Positions 44,268-53,499 are shown, counted from the first letter of the stretch. The stretch is DNA of 64,000 nucleotides from Gammaproteobacteria bacterium (GCA_965221955.1 CBDCTA010000014.1:8342-72341); one strand, 5' to 3'. The notes: a model not told the origin generated them from the sequence alone. Translations and numbers: made by a program.

Positions 44268-45125
44268 ATGAAACAGAATGTAAAACTTACGGATAGCGAA
44301 ATCAAAAAGATAACCAAAGCACGTTATGGAAAATGTGCTGAATCCGGCGTTGCAAGTTCTTGTTGCGCTATTGATGCATCCCAATCGTCCAGTTTCGCAA
44401 TAGAACACGGGTTGTATACAAAAGAGGACATATCATTAATACCAGATACGGCGCTGAGCTTATCAAGAGGTTGCGGTAATCCCACCGGTTTTGCGGAATT
44501 ACAACCAGGAGAAATTGCAGTGGATTTCGGGTGTGGGGCGGGGATTGACGTTGTTCTTGCAGCAAAAAAAGTAGCACCAAGCGGAAAAGTATTTGGAGTA
44601 GATTTTGCCCCTGAAATGATTCAGAGAGCAAAGCAAGCCGTGATCGAAGCGGAAGTTGCAATCATAGTCGATTTGTATGTTTCTGATTTAGATAAAACAG
44701 ACCTTTCCGATAGTTTTGCTGATGTAGTAATGTCAAATTGTGTAATCAATTTGTGTCCAGATAAAGAAGAAGTTTATCGAGAAGCCTTTCGCATTTTAAA
44801 ACCCGGGGGTCGTCTCGCCATATCCGATGTTATTTATACTGAGAAACTCGATCCGCAAATTCATGAGCGTTTTAAAACAGCTTGGTCCGGTTGTGTTGGA
44901 GGTGCAATCGAAAAAGACAGGTATTTTAATATTATTGAAAATATTGGATTTATAGATCTTAAAATTGTATCCGAACATCTACTTGCATCGAATGAGCTAA
45001 ACGAAATGGCATGTTGTCCCGGCGCCGAATATACTCCGGTTCCTGCAAAAGAAGACTTAGCTGTTACTGAAAACAAAATTGAAAGTGTAAAATTTACTGC
45101 AGATAAGCCACTCGGGTCTAATTGA
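44268..45125 (+). CDS. arsM: Arsenite S-adenosylmethionine methyltransferase ArsM-like
   Basis: SSCCA, GCGNP, DFGCGAGID, SNCVINL, LKPGGRLAISD, WSGCVGGA. Confidence 0.82.
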   Translation: MKQNVKLTDSEIKKITKARYGKCAESGVASSCCAIDASQSSSFAIEHGLYTKEDISLIPDTALSLSRGCGNPTGFAELQPGEIAVDFGCGAGIDVVLAAKKVAPSGKVFGVDFAPEMIQRAKQAVIEAEVAIIVDLYVSDLDKTDLSDSFADVVMSNCVINLCPDKEEVYREAFRILKPGGRLAISDVIYTEKLDPQIHERFKTAWSGCVGGAIEKDRYFNIIENIGFIDLKIVSEHLLASNELNEMACCPGAEYTPVPAKEDLAVTENKIESVKFTADKPLGSN

Positions 45126-45169
45126 GAAGTATATTTAAGTAGTGTGTATGACCGCTTTTGGTTACCGAA

Positions 45170-45405
45170 TCAATCGGTCAGTGCAACACCTTGTCAAACC
45201 TTTGTTTGTAATGAGGCAGACTCAAACGGATGGTAATTTAGTATTGGATTGTTTTTAGATGAACTGGATTAATCAAATACCACATGATTACTTGCTTTGA
45301 GCCATAAAGTTTCAATCATTTTCTTAAAAGATTGATGCAATTGCACTTTTATTATAATTCGCAGCCTTTTCTTCTCGATACTAAAGTGTTGCATCGACCC
45401 ATTGA
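45170..45405. mobile_element. Internally deleted IS30-like remnant
   Basis: 17/20 inverted repeats TCAATCGGTCAGTGCAACAC / GTGTTGCATCGACCCATTGA; right end reads SVASTH*, like IS30 transposase C-termini. Confidence 0.55.
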
Positions 45406-45730
45406 GACCACGGCCAAAAGCGGACATTCTAAGTAAAGAGCATTTACTATCGGATAGATACATCGAAACGCCAATATAGGATGATGTTTTGAGTAGACTG
45501 CTCATTTTTACTGAACTATATCGAAATATCTTATTTCAAAATAAAAAAAGAATTAAGCGGTACTCAAATGATAAGTATATCTTGGCTTACATTAATACGC
45601 TGCTAAAATATTTTAGATTATTTAGAGACAATGCCTTTATGTCTTGGGAGTTTGCGACAGCAGTATAGAATTCATCTTGTCGAATATTCGCAGAATTATA
45701 AAAGCTTGCTTGCCACTGTCAAAATTTGAT

Positions 45731-46097
45731 CTAACTTAATGGTTCAATAACTTTTATTATTTCTTGACCATTTGCTGGTTTTTGTAAAACAATCGCACCT
45801 TTATCTGCGGCTTCCTTTGCATGCAGGCAATCTGTATCTGTAGCTAGTATAATAAATGGAATATTATTTTCTAAGTTATTAACAGCATTTTGAATTCCAA
45901 TACTGTTTTTTTTTTAGCATATCAAGATTAAGCAATATTGCATTTGGCAGATGTTTGTTATCCAATTCATTTAGGAACCCTTATGCAGATGCATGTAAAT
46001 CTGTCGTCAACCCATATGATTCCAGCAATAGATTAATTGCGTCACGTGTATCATCACGGTCATCGATAATACTAATTATTCCTTTGGTATTAGGCAT
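45731..46097 (-). pseudogene. FixJ-like single receiver-domain response regulator, disrupted
   Basis: MPNTKGIISIIDD..LLESYG..ASA*..IPFIIL..GAIVLQKP; in-frame TAA at 45981-45983 and +1 shift in a 10-base A run. Confidence 0.75.
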
Positions 46098-46131
46098 ATA
46101 GGTATCATGCCTGTCTATGTTTAAAACAAAT

Positions 46132-46145
46132 ATGATCTAGATCAA
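46132..46145. promoter_or_regulatory. FNR-like box
   Basis: ATGAT-CTAG-ATCAA, one mismatch from TTGAT-N4-ATCAA. Confidence 0.45.
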
Positions 46146-46427
46146 ATCGATTGAGGACTTTGGTGTACATGGCAAAATCGTAGCTTATGCAGGATCGCGG
46201 CAATTCAAATCGGCAAGCAAGCATAATGTTTCTTATGTTTTATTCAACGGCATACAATCTCATTAACTTTTTTCGATACTTAGTGCCAGCAAAATTTTTC
46301 GCACTGGAGTTTTGCAGCGGAATTATAGGATATAGTTTTTATCTAAGATTCGTTAAAATGAAAATGTTAAATTTTCAGTACTGATTAATTATTTGAATGA
46401 CTGGGAAAGTTAATTAAGGAGAACATT

Positions 46428-46580
46428 ATGCCACAACATCATAATGACCACTTCTTTGCACATTGGGAATTTGGGCTCGTTCATTGGCTTGGTCATTGGG
46501 CTGTAGAACTACTGTTTTGGGTTGTAATTATTTGTATGATTATTATTGTTGCTAATTGGATTTTTAAAAATAATGAATGA
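46428..46580 (+). CDS. 50-aa His/Trp-rich single-TM peptide (not in ORF track)
   Basis: AAGGAG RBS; MPQHHNDHFFAHWEFGLVHWLGHWAVELLFWVVIICMIIIVANWIFKNNE; paralog at 55639. Confidence 0.7.
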   Translation: MPQHHNDHFFAHWEFGLVHWLGHWAVELLFWVVIICMIIIVANWIFKNNE

Positions 46581-46600
46581 AATGCAAATCAAAGTAGCAT

Positions 46601-47542
46601 TTGAATTATAAAGCGAAATTATACATGCCAATCTTAATATTTTCAGGGGCAATTTTAGTAATGCTTCTTTGGTCACTTTGTTTCCCTTTCATAAATATCG
46701 GATTAAATTATTCTCCACCATTATTTTTTGCAGCAATTCGTGCATTATCTGCAGGTTTAGTTTTGCTTATTTTCGCAATTGGTTTACAAAAGCGTTTACC
46801 TCGTGAAGGCTCAGTATGGGCTGCAATTGTGGTAGTGGGCATTACTGCCACCAGTCTTGGTTTCTTTGGTATGTTTATTGGAGGTGGTCTTATATCACCT
46901 GGAATTGCAACAGTTATATCAAATACTCAACCACTTATTGCCTCAATATTTGCTTACATTTGGCTTAAAGAGTCACTTAGCAAAAGACAAAAAGCAGGTC
47001 TTGCAATAGGATTTTTAGGGATTGTTTTAATAAGCATGGGGGTTAATGATGATCAGGCGACTACTCATTTGATTGGGATTTTTTATATTTTGATAGGAGC
47101 GATTGGGGTGGCATTGAGTAATGTCACACTCAAATGGTTGGCCGGTCGTGGAGACGTATGGATGTTGATGGGATTGCAGCTAGTAATAGGAAGTATTCCT
47201 TTATTTGCATTAAGTTATATAGTGGAAAGCCCAATAAATGTACTTTGGGATATTCAATTCATTTATGCTCTTTTAATTTTAGCGATTTTAAGCACTGCTT
47301 TTGCCTCAGCACTTTGGTTTATATTGCTTAATTATGTCGAACTTAATAGATTAAATGTATTTACATTCTTAACGCCAGTTTTTGGTTTGATCATTGGTTT
47401 TGTATTTTTTGGCGAGTCATTTGGTGGTCTTAAATTTGTTGGCGCAGGCTTGGGAATTATCAGTATTTATTTAGTAAGTATTCAAGGTAAAAAGATCTTG
47501 CGGACTTTAATAAATTCTTGTATATGGCGAATTAGTCATTAA
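46601..47542 (+). CDS. DMT/EamA family transporter
   Basis: About 10 TM; PPLFFAAIR, NTQPL, LKESL, FLTPVFG. Confidence 0.88.
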   Translation: MNYKAKLYMPILIFSGAILVMLLWSLCFPFINIGLNYSPPLFFAAIRALSAGLVLLIFAIGLQKRLPREGSVWAAIVVVGITATSLGFFGMFIGGGLISPGIATVISNTQPLIASIFAYIWLKESLSKRQKAGLAIGFLGIVLISMGVNDDQATTHLIGIFYILIGAIGVALSNVTLKWLAGRGDVWMLMGLQLVIGSIPLFALSYIVESPINVLWDIQFIYALLILAILSTAFASALWFILLNYVELNRLNVFTFLTPVFGLIIGFVFFGESFGGLKFVGAGLGIISIYLVSIQGKKILRTLINSCIWRISH

Positions 47543-47584
47543 ATAGTTTATAGATCAATAGATCAATTTCAGAAATTAAAAAAT

Positions 47585-47750
47585 ATGTTATTTCAACATC
47601 GAAAGTGAGATCGATAAGTTCATGGAGTTCAATTTTAATAGCGATGAATCCCATTAAGCTTCTTCCGTGATGCGGTTATCCGCTAAATGATAAGCACGCT
47701 TTCTTCCTTTTTTAGATCTTCAATACGAGCGTATAGGATACGCTTAAGCA
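47585..47750 (-). pseudogene. Fragment of a ParB-domain DNA methyltransferase
   Basis: Reads ARIEDLKKEE/RAYHLADNRITEEA*WDSSLLK/IELHELIDLTFDVEIT across a stop and two shifts. Confidence 0.6.
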
Positions 47751-47986
47751 CTAAATGTTATAGAACATAATCAACAGTTGAATTATTAATAAATTAATTT
47801 GAATAAGTTCAGCATAGTTTTTAAATATTTTTTCGACAATATTTTTCTTATTAGATTAAGAAGTTATTTTTTGAATATGTGATTTTTAGCCTCAATACTT
47901 AGGTATATTCATAAATAATTGGTGACGTCTATGAGTAACACTATTAACATTCTATAACTCCATCAACATTTTAGAAATGTTATAGA

Positions 47987-48000
47987 TTGATTTAAGTCAA
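47987..48000. promoter_or_regulatory. FNR-like box upstream of ppk2
   Basis: TTGAT-TTAA-GTCAA, 33 nt before the ATG. Confidence 0.5.
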
Positions 48001-48033
48001 AACAATATTTAACTTAGTCGGTGAAGATGTAGC

Positions 48034-48801
48034 ATGGAAAACAAAACATCAGGTGGCATCAAATATAAGAAAGAGCTGAAAAAGCTGCAAATTGAGCTAG
48101 TTAAATTTCAACACCACTTAATTAAATATAATCATAAGATATTAATAATATTCGAGGGGCGAGATGCATCAGGGAAAGATGGTGTAATCAAGCGAATAAT
48201 TCAACATTTGAGTCCTCGTGAAACACGAGTGGTAGCTTTAGGGAAACCTTCAGATCATGATAAAAAAGGCTGGTATTTTCAGCGTTATGTGCCACATTTG
48301 CCTGTAGCCCAAGAAATGGTGTTATTCAATCGTAGTTGGTACAACCGTGCAGGAGTTGAGTGGGTAATGGGATTTTGTAATGAAATAGAGTATAAAAACT
48401 TTTTAAAAGATGTCGTTGTATTTGAATCATTATTGGTAGATTCTGGCATTCAGTTATTTAAATTTTACCTTGATATTTCAAAAAAAGAGCAAGCAAGAAG
48501 GTTAAAGGCTCGTAAAAAAGACCCTCTTAAACAGTGGAAAACAAGCTTTATAGATGAAGTAGCATTAGTACATTGGGATGACTACAGTAAGGCGCGTGAC
48601 ACGATGTTAGATCAAACCAATAGTGAAGTAGCACCATGGGTTATTATTAACGCTGATTGTAAAAAACAAGCTCGTCTTAATGTTATTCGATATCTGATGG
48701 CAAATATTTCATGTCCGGATAAGGATGAACACATAACGCATCCAGACTCAAAATTTTCATATGAATATGCTAGTAGCGTTAAAAATAAGCTATCGACGTA
48801 A
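48034..48801 (+). CDS. ppk2: Polyphosphate kinase 2
   Basis: FEGRDASGKDG, WYFQRY, FNRSWYNRAGVE, DPLKQWK. Confidence 0.94.
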   Translation: MENKTSGGIKYKKELKKLQIELVKFQHHLIKYNHKILIIFEGRDASGKDGVIKRIIQHLSPRETRVVALGKPSDHDKKGWYFQRYVPHLPVAQEMVLFNRSWYNRAGVEWVMGFCNEIEYKNFLKDVVVFESLLVDSGIQLFKFYLDISKKEQARRLKARKKDPLKQWKTSFIDEVALVHWDDYSKARDTMLDQTNSEVAPWVIINADCKKQARLNVIRYLMANISCPDKDEHITHPDSKFSYEYASSVKNKLST

Positions 48802-48946
48802 AAAAGTTAAGTGAATTACCACTCAAGGTTTGTTGTAAGGTAAGTGTCACAAATGACGCAAAGCAAGTTTTATATAACTACGTAATGTTTTCCCCAAATT
48901 CGAAGTGCAATAGTAATTTACCTAAATAGTTCAGAATTTTTAGTAA

Positions 48947-50398
48947 TCAACAAGAATGGATTTTTGGTAGTTCCAACACCGCTTCTAATCCACCTTCATT
49001 TCGGTTATGAAGATATATTTCACCTCCACTAACTCTAGCTATATCTCGGGCAATCCCAAGTCCTAAACCTACACCTCCAGATGATCGATTACGCGATGAT
49101 TCTAATCGAAAGAATGGGTCAAAAATATGTTCCATTTGCTCTTCAGGTATCCCTGGGCCTTCATCTACTATTCTAATTGATAACATTTTTGCCGATTCTT
49201 CAATGTAGATGGTTGCCTTGTCACCATAACGAACGGCATTTTCCATTAAGTTTGTAAGACATCGCTTCAATGCAAGCGGATACCCATTATGAAGTTTTTG
49301 TTCTCCTTCATTGAATTCTATTTCATGCCCAGCTTCTCGCATATCTTGGGTGATACTACTAATTAACGCACTGACATCTATTTTTTGTATAGGTTCAGTT
49401 TTATCCTGGCCGCACATATAGTCTAACGTTTCGTTAACCATGCTTTGCATGTCATCTAAGTCACTTAAAAATTTATTTGCCAATTCTGTATCATTAAGTA
49501 ATTCCGTGCGCAACCGCAATCGTGTAATTGGTGTTTTTAAGTCATGTGAAATTGCTGCAAGTAATCGACCTCTATCTTCTATGTGCTGATTAATTTTGGC
49601 TTGCATAATATTAAAAGCACGTGCGGCTTTGCTTACTTCTTGCGGGCCACTTTCATCGATTGGAGCACGTTCAATATCTCTCCCTAGCTCATCTGCTGCG
49701 AATGCTAAAGCGTTAATTGGTTTAGTAATTTTGTGCACAATAAACAAGGATAAGAAAAATGCAGTAACCACTAATATTAATAGTGTGGTGATAATGCGAT
49801 GAGGAAAATTAAACAAGGCCTCGGGAAAATGTTGTATAAAACTTACCCATGATCCATCATCTAATTTAACTTGAATTAGAATATGATACTCTGTAAACGA
49901 CCATGTACCCATCATTTCGTATACCATTTTTAACGCTCTATTAATACCATAGCTTATTCTAGAGTTATTCGAATTGTCTGATGAGCCATTTTTTTTTGTT
50001 TCAAAATTGTTATTAATCTGATGTTCATGTTTTTCGATAAACTGAATGTGAATGGGATAATTTTGATCTAATACGTTGGCAAATGAATTACGTATAGACT
50101 TTTGTATCTGGTTACCGTTTTGGGTTGATTCTTGGAGTGGTTTAATATCAAAAGAAACGCGTAGATCAGATGAATTAAATGCTTTAATGGCTTTTTCTCT
50201 CGCTTGCGGTGTAAGTTCATTTAAAAAACGCACCATTGAAGATACTTGTTCTACGGACTTTAACTCCAATATCTTGTGAAGAGACTGTCCTCTCTCATAG
50301 TATAAAATTATTCCGCTTATTATTTGAGCCAACGAGAGTATGACTAGAAGCGTTATCATTAGTTGAGCAAACAATGATTGTGGCCACAATCGAGACAT
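48947..50398 (-). CDS. HAMP-domain sensor histidine kinase
   Basis: Two TMs, AISHDLKTP, NLMENAVRYG, DEGPG, GVGLGL. Confidence 0.94.
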   Translation of the reverse strand: MSRLWPQSLFAQLMITLLVILSLAQIISGIILYYERGQSLHKILELKSVEQVSSMVRFLNELTPQAREKAIKAFNSSDLRVSFDIKPLQESTQNGNQIQKSIRNSFANVLDQNYPIHIQFIEKHEHQINNNFETKKNGSSDNSNNSRISYGINRALKMVYEMMGTWSFTEYHILIQVKLDDGSWVSFIQHFPEALFNFPHRIITTLLILVVTAFFLSLFIVHKITKPINALAFAADELGRDIERAPIDESGPQEVSKAARAFNIMQAKINQHIEDRGRLLAAISHDLKTPITRLRLRTELLNDTELANKFLSDLDDMQSMVNETLDYMCGQDKTEPIQKIDVSALISSITQDMREAGHEIEFNEGEQKLHNGYPLALKRCLTNLMENAVRYGDKATIYIEESAKMLSIRIVDEGPGIPEEQMEHIFDPFFRLESSRNRSSGGVGLGLGIARDIARVSGGEIYLHNRNEGGLEAVLELPKIHSC

Positions 50399-51117
50399 TA
50401 TTTTTCTACCTTTACATTAACAGCAAATATATAACCTTCATTTCTAACTGTTTGGATAATTTTCGAGTTTTTAGTGTCATGAAGTGAACGACGTAATCTA
50501 CTCACCATAACATCTATACTGCGATCAAATGGCTGCATCTCACGGCCATGGGAAAGATCAAGTAACTGATCACGACTTAGTACTCTATTTGGATGTGTTA
50601 AAAAAATATACAGCAATTGATATTCACCTCCACTTATTGGGACTACAATATTCTCAGGGGAGATAAGATGTCTATTTACAGTATCTAACCTCCAATCACC
50701 AAAGAGAAAATATCTAGAAGTTTGTTGAATTGTGGATGATGATAAAGTGCGGGTTCGCCGTAATATACTTTTAATTCGTGCTAAAAGTTCGCGTGAGTTA
50801 AATGGTTTTGCTAGATAATCATCCGCGCCCATCTCTAGCCCAATAATGCGCTCGGTCTCTTCGCCACGGGCTGTAAGCATAATTACTGGAATAGTAGATT
50901 TCGATCTGAGATTGCGACACAACACAAGCCCATCATCCCCGGGTAACATTAAATCGAGAACGATCAGGTCAATTTTACTTTTATCCAGAACAGCCCACAT
51001 CTCTTTACCATCCGATGCAGTTATCGTTCGAAAACCCTCTTTTTTTAAGTAATCACTGAGTAAATTGCGGATCTCAAGATCATCGTCAACGATCAAAACA
51101 GTGTCAGTTTTGTCCAT
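50398..51117 (-). CDS. OmpR family response regulator
   Basis: IVDDD, LDLMLPG, GADDYLAKPF, DRSIDV..RLR, TVRNEGY. Confidence 0.95.
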   Translation of the reverse strand: MDKTDTVLIVDDDLEIRNLLSDYLKKEGFRTITASDGKEMWAVLDKSKIDLIVLDLMLPGDDGLVLCRNLRSKSTIPVIMLTARGEETERIIGLEMGADDYLAKPFNSRELLARIKSILRRTRTLSSSTIQQTSRYFLFGDWRLDTVNRHLISPENIVVPISGGEYQLLYIFLTHPNRVLSRDQLLDLSHGREMQPFDRSIDVMVSRLRRSLHDTKNSKIIQTVRNEGYIFAVNVKVEK

Positions 51118-51160
51118 CTGGAAAGTGTAAGCATTAAATGAAATCTTTCAATAAATATTT

Positions 51161-51239
51161 TTGTAACGCTTTATTACTGAATCCCAATAGGAAATATTAG
51201 GTTACAAAAGCCCGAGTTTTCGAAATTATCCCGTTACAA
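51161..51239. promoter_or_regulatory. Repeated GTTACAA boxes (candidate response-regulator sites)
   Basis: TTGTAAC 51161-51167, GTTACAA 51201-51207 and 51233-51239 in the divergent intergenic region. Confidence 0.45.
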
Positions 51240-51298
51240 GGGAATGGTTTACTAAGCATAACCAAGATAGAAAAGCAGATGAGGTCGAGAGATAGGTT

Positions 51299-51781
51299 AT
51301 GGCGGGGCTTTACATTAATTTCAATCTTAAAGTATTAACATCGATGGTTGGCTTAGCTGTTGTAATTCTATTGAGTAGCATTATTACAACGGGTTGTGCA
51401 ACCAATCGAATTAATCTAGCGAATACAGAGCAGATTGAAGTTATAAAAAATTCGTCAAGGTCCGCAAAAATTACAAAACTTGCAGTTTATTCTAACAACT
51501 CAGGCATTTCTGTGTCGGGAGAATTACGCAAACGTATACCTAGTAGAGGACGTCTATACGGTCATGTGGATGTTGGTGTCTTATCGCCTGATGGCAAAGT
51601 ACTTTTCACAACGAATACTAGTTACCATCGTAAAAAACGCAAATCTTACACGTCAAAATTCACTGTAGACATCCCTTTCGTGCTGGAGCGCGGTAGCACA
51701 ATTCGCGTAACTCATCACCGTGTCCCCTTAGGGTGGCATAAATCTATTATTTTAAATATTCATTCAATCAATAGGAGTTAA
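51299..51781 (+). CDS. Hypothetical basic lipoprotein
   Basis: Hydrophobic stretch ending ITTGC; GHVD motif. Confidence 0.6.
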   Translation: MAGLYINFNLKVLTSMVGLAVVILLSSIITTGCATNRINLANTEQIEVIKNSSRSAKITKLAVYSNNSGISVSGELRKRIPSRGRLYGHVDVGVLSPDGKVLFTTNTSYHRKKRKSYTSKFTVDIPFVLERGSTIRVTHHRVPLGWHKSIILNIHSINRS

Positions 51782-51783
51782 AC

Positions 51784-52278
51784 ATGAAAACATTAAAAAC
51801 AATATCACTCGCACTGTTCATGAGCATTGCGTTTGCAATGATCACGACAGTGAGCGCATCAGAAATGAAGCATGAACATAAGGGAACTACTAGTTCCGAA
51901 TCTCACCAAGCGCATGCAAATATGCAAAAAATGCATGCGCATATGCAGAAAATGCAGAAGGAAATGGATGCCATCCGTGCAGAAAAAAATCTAGATAAAC
52001 GCAAAGAGCTTATGCAAGCGCATCGTAAGAGCATACGCGAAGGCATGGAAATGATGATGCAAGATGATAGCGGCAAAGGAATGATGGGTAAGACAAAAGG
52101 AGATATACATGAGGCCATGAAAAAAGAAGGAAAAATGGATGCACATGCGCGAGTAGGAAATATGGAAGAACATTTAGATTTGATGCAACAGATGATGGAG
52201 CAAATGATGCAACATCAAAATGAGGCTTATGAATTATTTGAAGCGTATAGAGAGCTTGACAGAGATCTTGGGTCTTAA
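51784..52278 (+). CDS. Exported Met/His-rich protein, paralog 1
   Basis: AGGAG RBS, signal peptide, MQKMHAHMQKM, RKELMQAH, LMQQMMEQMMQH. Confidence 0.8.
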   Translation: MKTLKTISLALFMSIAFAMITTVSASEMKHEHKGTTSSESHQAHANMQKMHAHMQKMQKEMDAIRAEKNLDKRKELMQAHRKSIREGMEMMMQDDSGKGMMGKTKGDIHEAMKKEGKMDAHARVGNMEEHLDLMQQMMEQMMQHQNEAYELFEAYRELDRDLGS

Positions 52279-52385
52279 TTAATTGCTTTACGTTGATCAG
52301 ATTTAAAAGTATTAAATAAAAAAATTAAATAAAAATACTTCTGAATACTAACTTCAAACTCATACTAAATTATATGGAGAGAAAT

Positions 52386-52907
52386 ATGAAAACATTAAAA
52401 ACTACATTAATCGTGCTATCTATGAGCATGTTAGCACTGATAACTACAATAGCTTATGCGGAAGAAAACAAGCATGAGCACAAAAGAACGTCAACTTCTG
52501 AGTCGCACAAAAGCCATGCGCATATGGAAAAAATGCACGAGCACATGAAAGAAATGCAGGAGCAAATGCAGGCTATTCATGCAGAAAAAGATCCTGAAAA
52601 AAGAAAGGAACTCATGGGGGCACATCGCAAAAGTATGCATGAACATATGCAGATGATGCATGGCATGATGAGTGATGGAAAGATGGGTGGCGGAATGATG
52701 ATGGGAATGCACGGTGGTGCTGATAAAAAAGGCCATGGTGACAAACCTAAGCATGGAAAAAGTGCAATGATGGATCCTGAGTCACGCATGGGCATGATGG
52801 AAAAACGTATGGACATGATGCAAATGATGATGGACCAAATGATGCAACATCAGGAAGCAAGGATTAATACCACTGAGGAATACTTAAAAAAAGGTAGTCC
52901 TAGATAG
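52386..52907 (+). CDS. Exported Met/His-rich protein, paralog 2
   Basis: Same MKTLKT start, EKDPEKRKELMGAH, MMQMMMDQMMQH. Confidence 0.8.
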   Translation: MKTLKTTLIVLSMSMLALITTIAYAEENKHEHKRTSTSESHKSHAHMEKMHEHMKEMQEQMQAIHAEKDPEKRKELMGAHRKSMHEHMQMMHGMMSDGKMGGGMMMGMHGGADKKGHGDKPKHGKSAMMDPESRMGMMEKRMDMMQMMMDQMMQHQEARINTTEEYLKKGSPR

Positions 52908-52933
52908 TATTAGCCTAGCTTGAGTTCGATGAA

Positions 52934-52967
52934 GGGAGTCAGCGATTAATTATGCTGGCTCCCATTT
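52934..52967 (+). terminator. Probable intrinsic terminator
   Basis: GGGAGTCAGC / GCTGGCTCCC stem followed by ATTT. Confidence 0.5.
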
Positions 52968-53015
52968 GGCTGACTTATCATCATAGGAAGATAGGTACAT
53001 ATTGGTCAAAATGTA

Positions 53016-53047
53016 TTGAACTCTAGACTCAGGTCCAGACTTAAGCT
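53016..53047 (+). promoter_or_regulatory. MerR-type promoter with long spacer
   Basis: TTGAAC-20 nt-TAAGCT with dyad TCTAGAC-TCAG-GTCCAGA. Confidence 0.7.
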
Positions 53048-53070
53048 TTTGTGACCAAGGAGGTAATTGG

Positions 53071-53478
53071 ATGCTAACAATTGGTAAATTAGCTAAAGCT
53101 ACCAATGCGAGTATCGATACGATTCGATATTACGAGCGTATGGGACTGGTAAGCCCTGATGCTCGATCTGCTCATGATTATCGAATGTATGAAGAGTCTG
53201 CAATCAATCGTTTACGTTTTATTAAAAATGCACAGCAGTTAGGGTTCTCACTTTCAGAAATTGAAAAGCTACTCACTTTTGGCGCCTCTAACAATGGTTC
53301 TGCTAGTGACATCTTGAACCTCACTCAAGAAAAAATCTTAGCGCACAGAAATAAGATTAAAGAATTGCAAAAAATACAAGCAGTGCTTACCGATTTAGCA
53401 AAACAGTGCTCAGGTAAAGGCCCTGCTAAAGATTGTCCGATTCTTCAAGCGTTATACCCTGATTCAGGTGAAAAATGA
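53071..53478 (+). CDS. CueR-like MerR family regulator
   Basis: TIRYYERMGL, LGFSLSEI, C-terminal CSGKGPAKDCPIL, no Cys at the start of the dimer helix. Confidence 0.85.
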   Translation: MLTIGKLAKATNASIDTIRYYERMGLVSPDARSAHDYRMYEESAINRLRFIKNAQQLGFSLSEIEKLLTFGASNNGSASDILNLTQEKILAHRNKIKELQKIQAVLTDLAKQCSGKGPAKDCPILQALYPDSGEK

Positions 53479-53499
53479 AAGCAGTCACAGGAGCAAAAT

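Noticed and set aside
45269-45505. 78-aa minus-strand ORF
   Set aside because: Overlaps the IS30-like remnant and palindrome; no coding motif
46187-46384. 65-aa ORF
   Set aside because: No RBS or recognisable motif; lies in an AT-rich gap
51784-52907. ATG/CAT-rich sequence as a DNA tandem repeat
   Set aside because: Explained by Met/His codons of the two exported proteins
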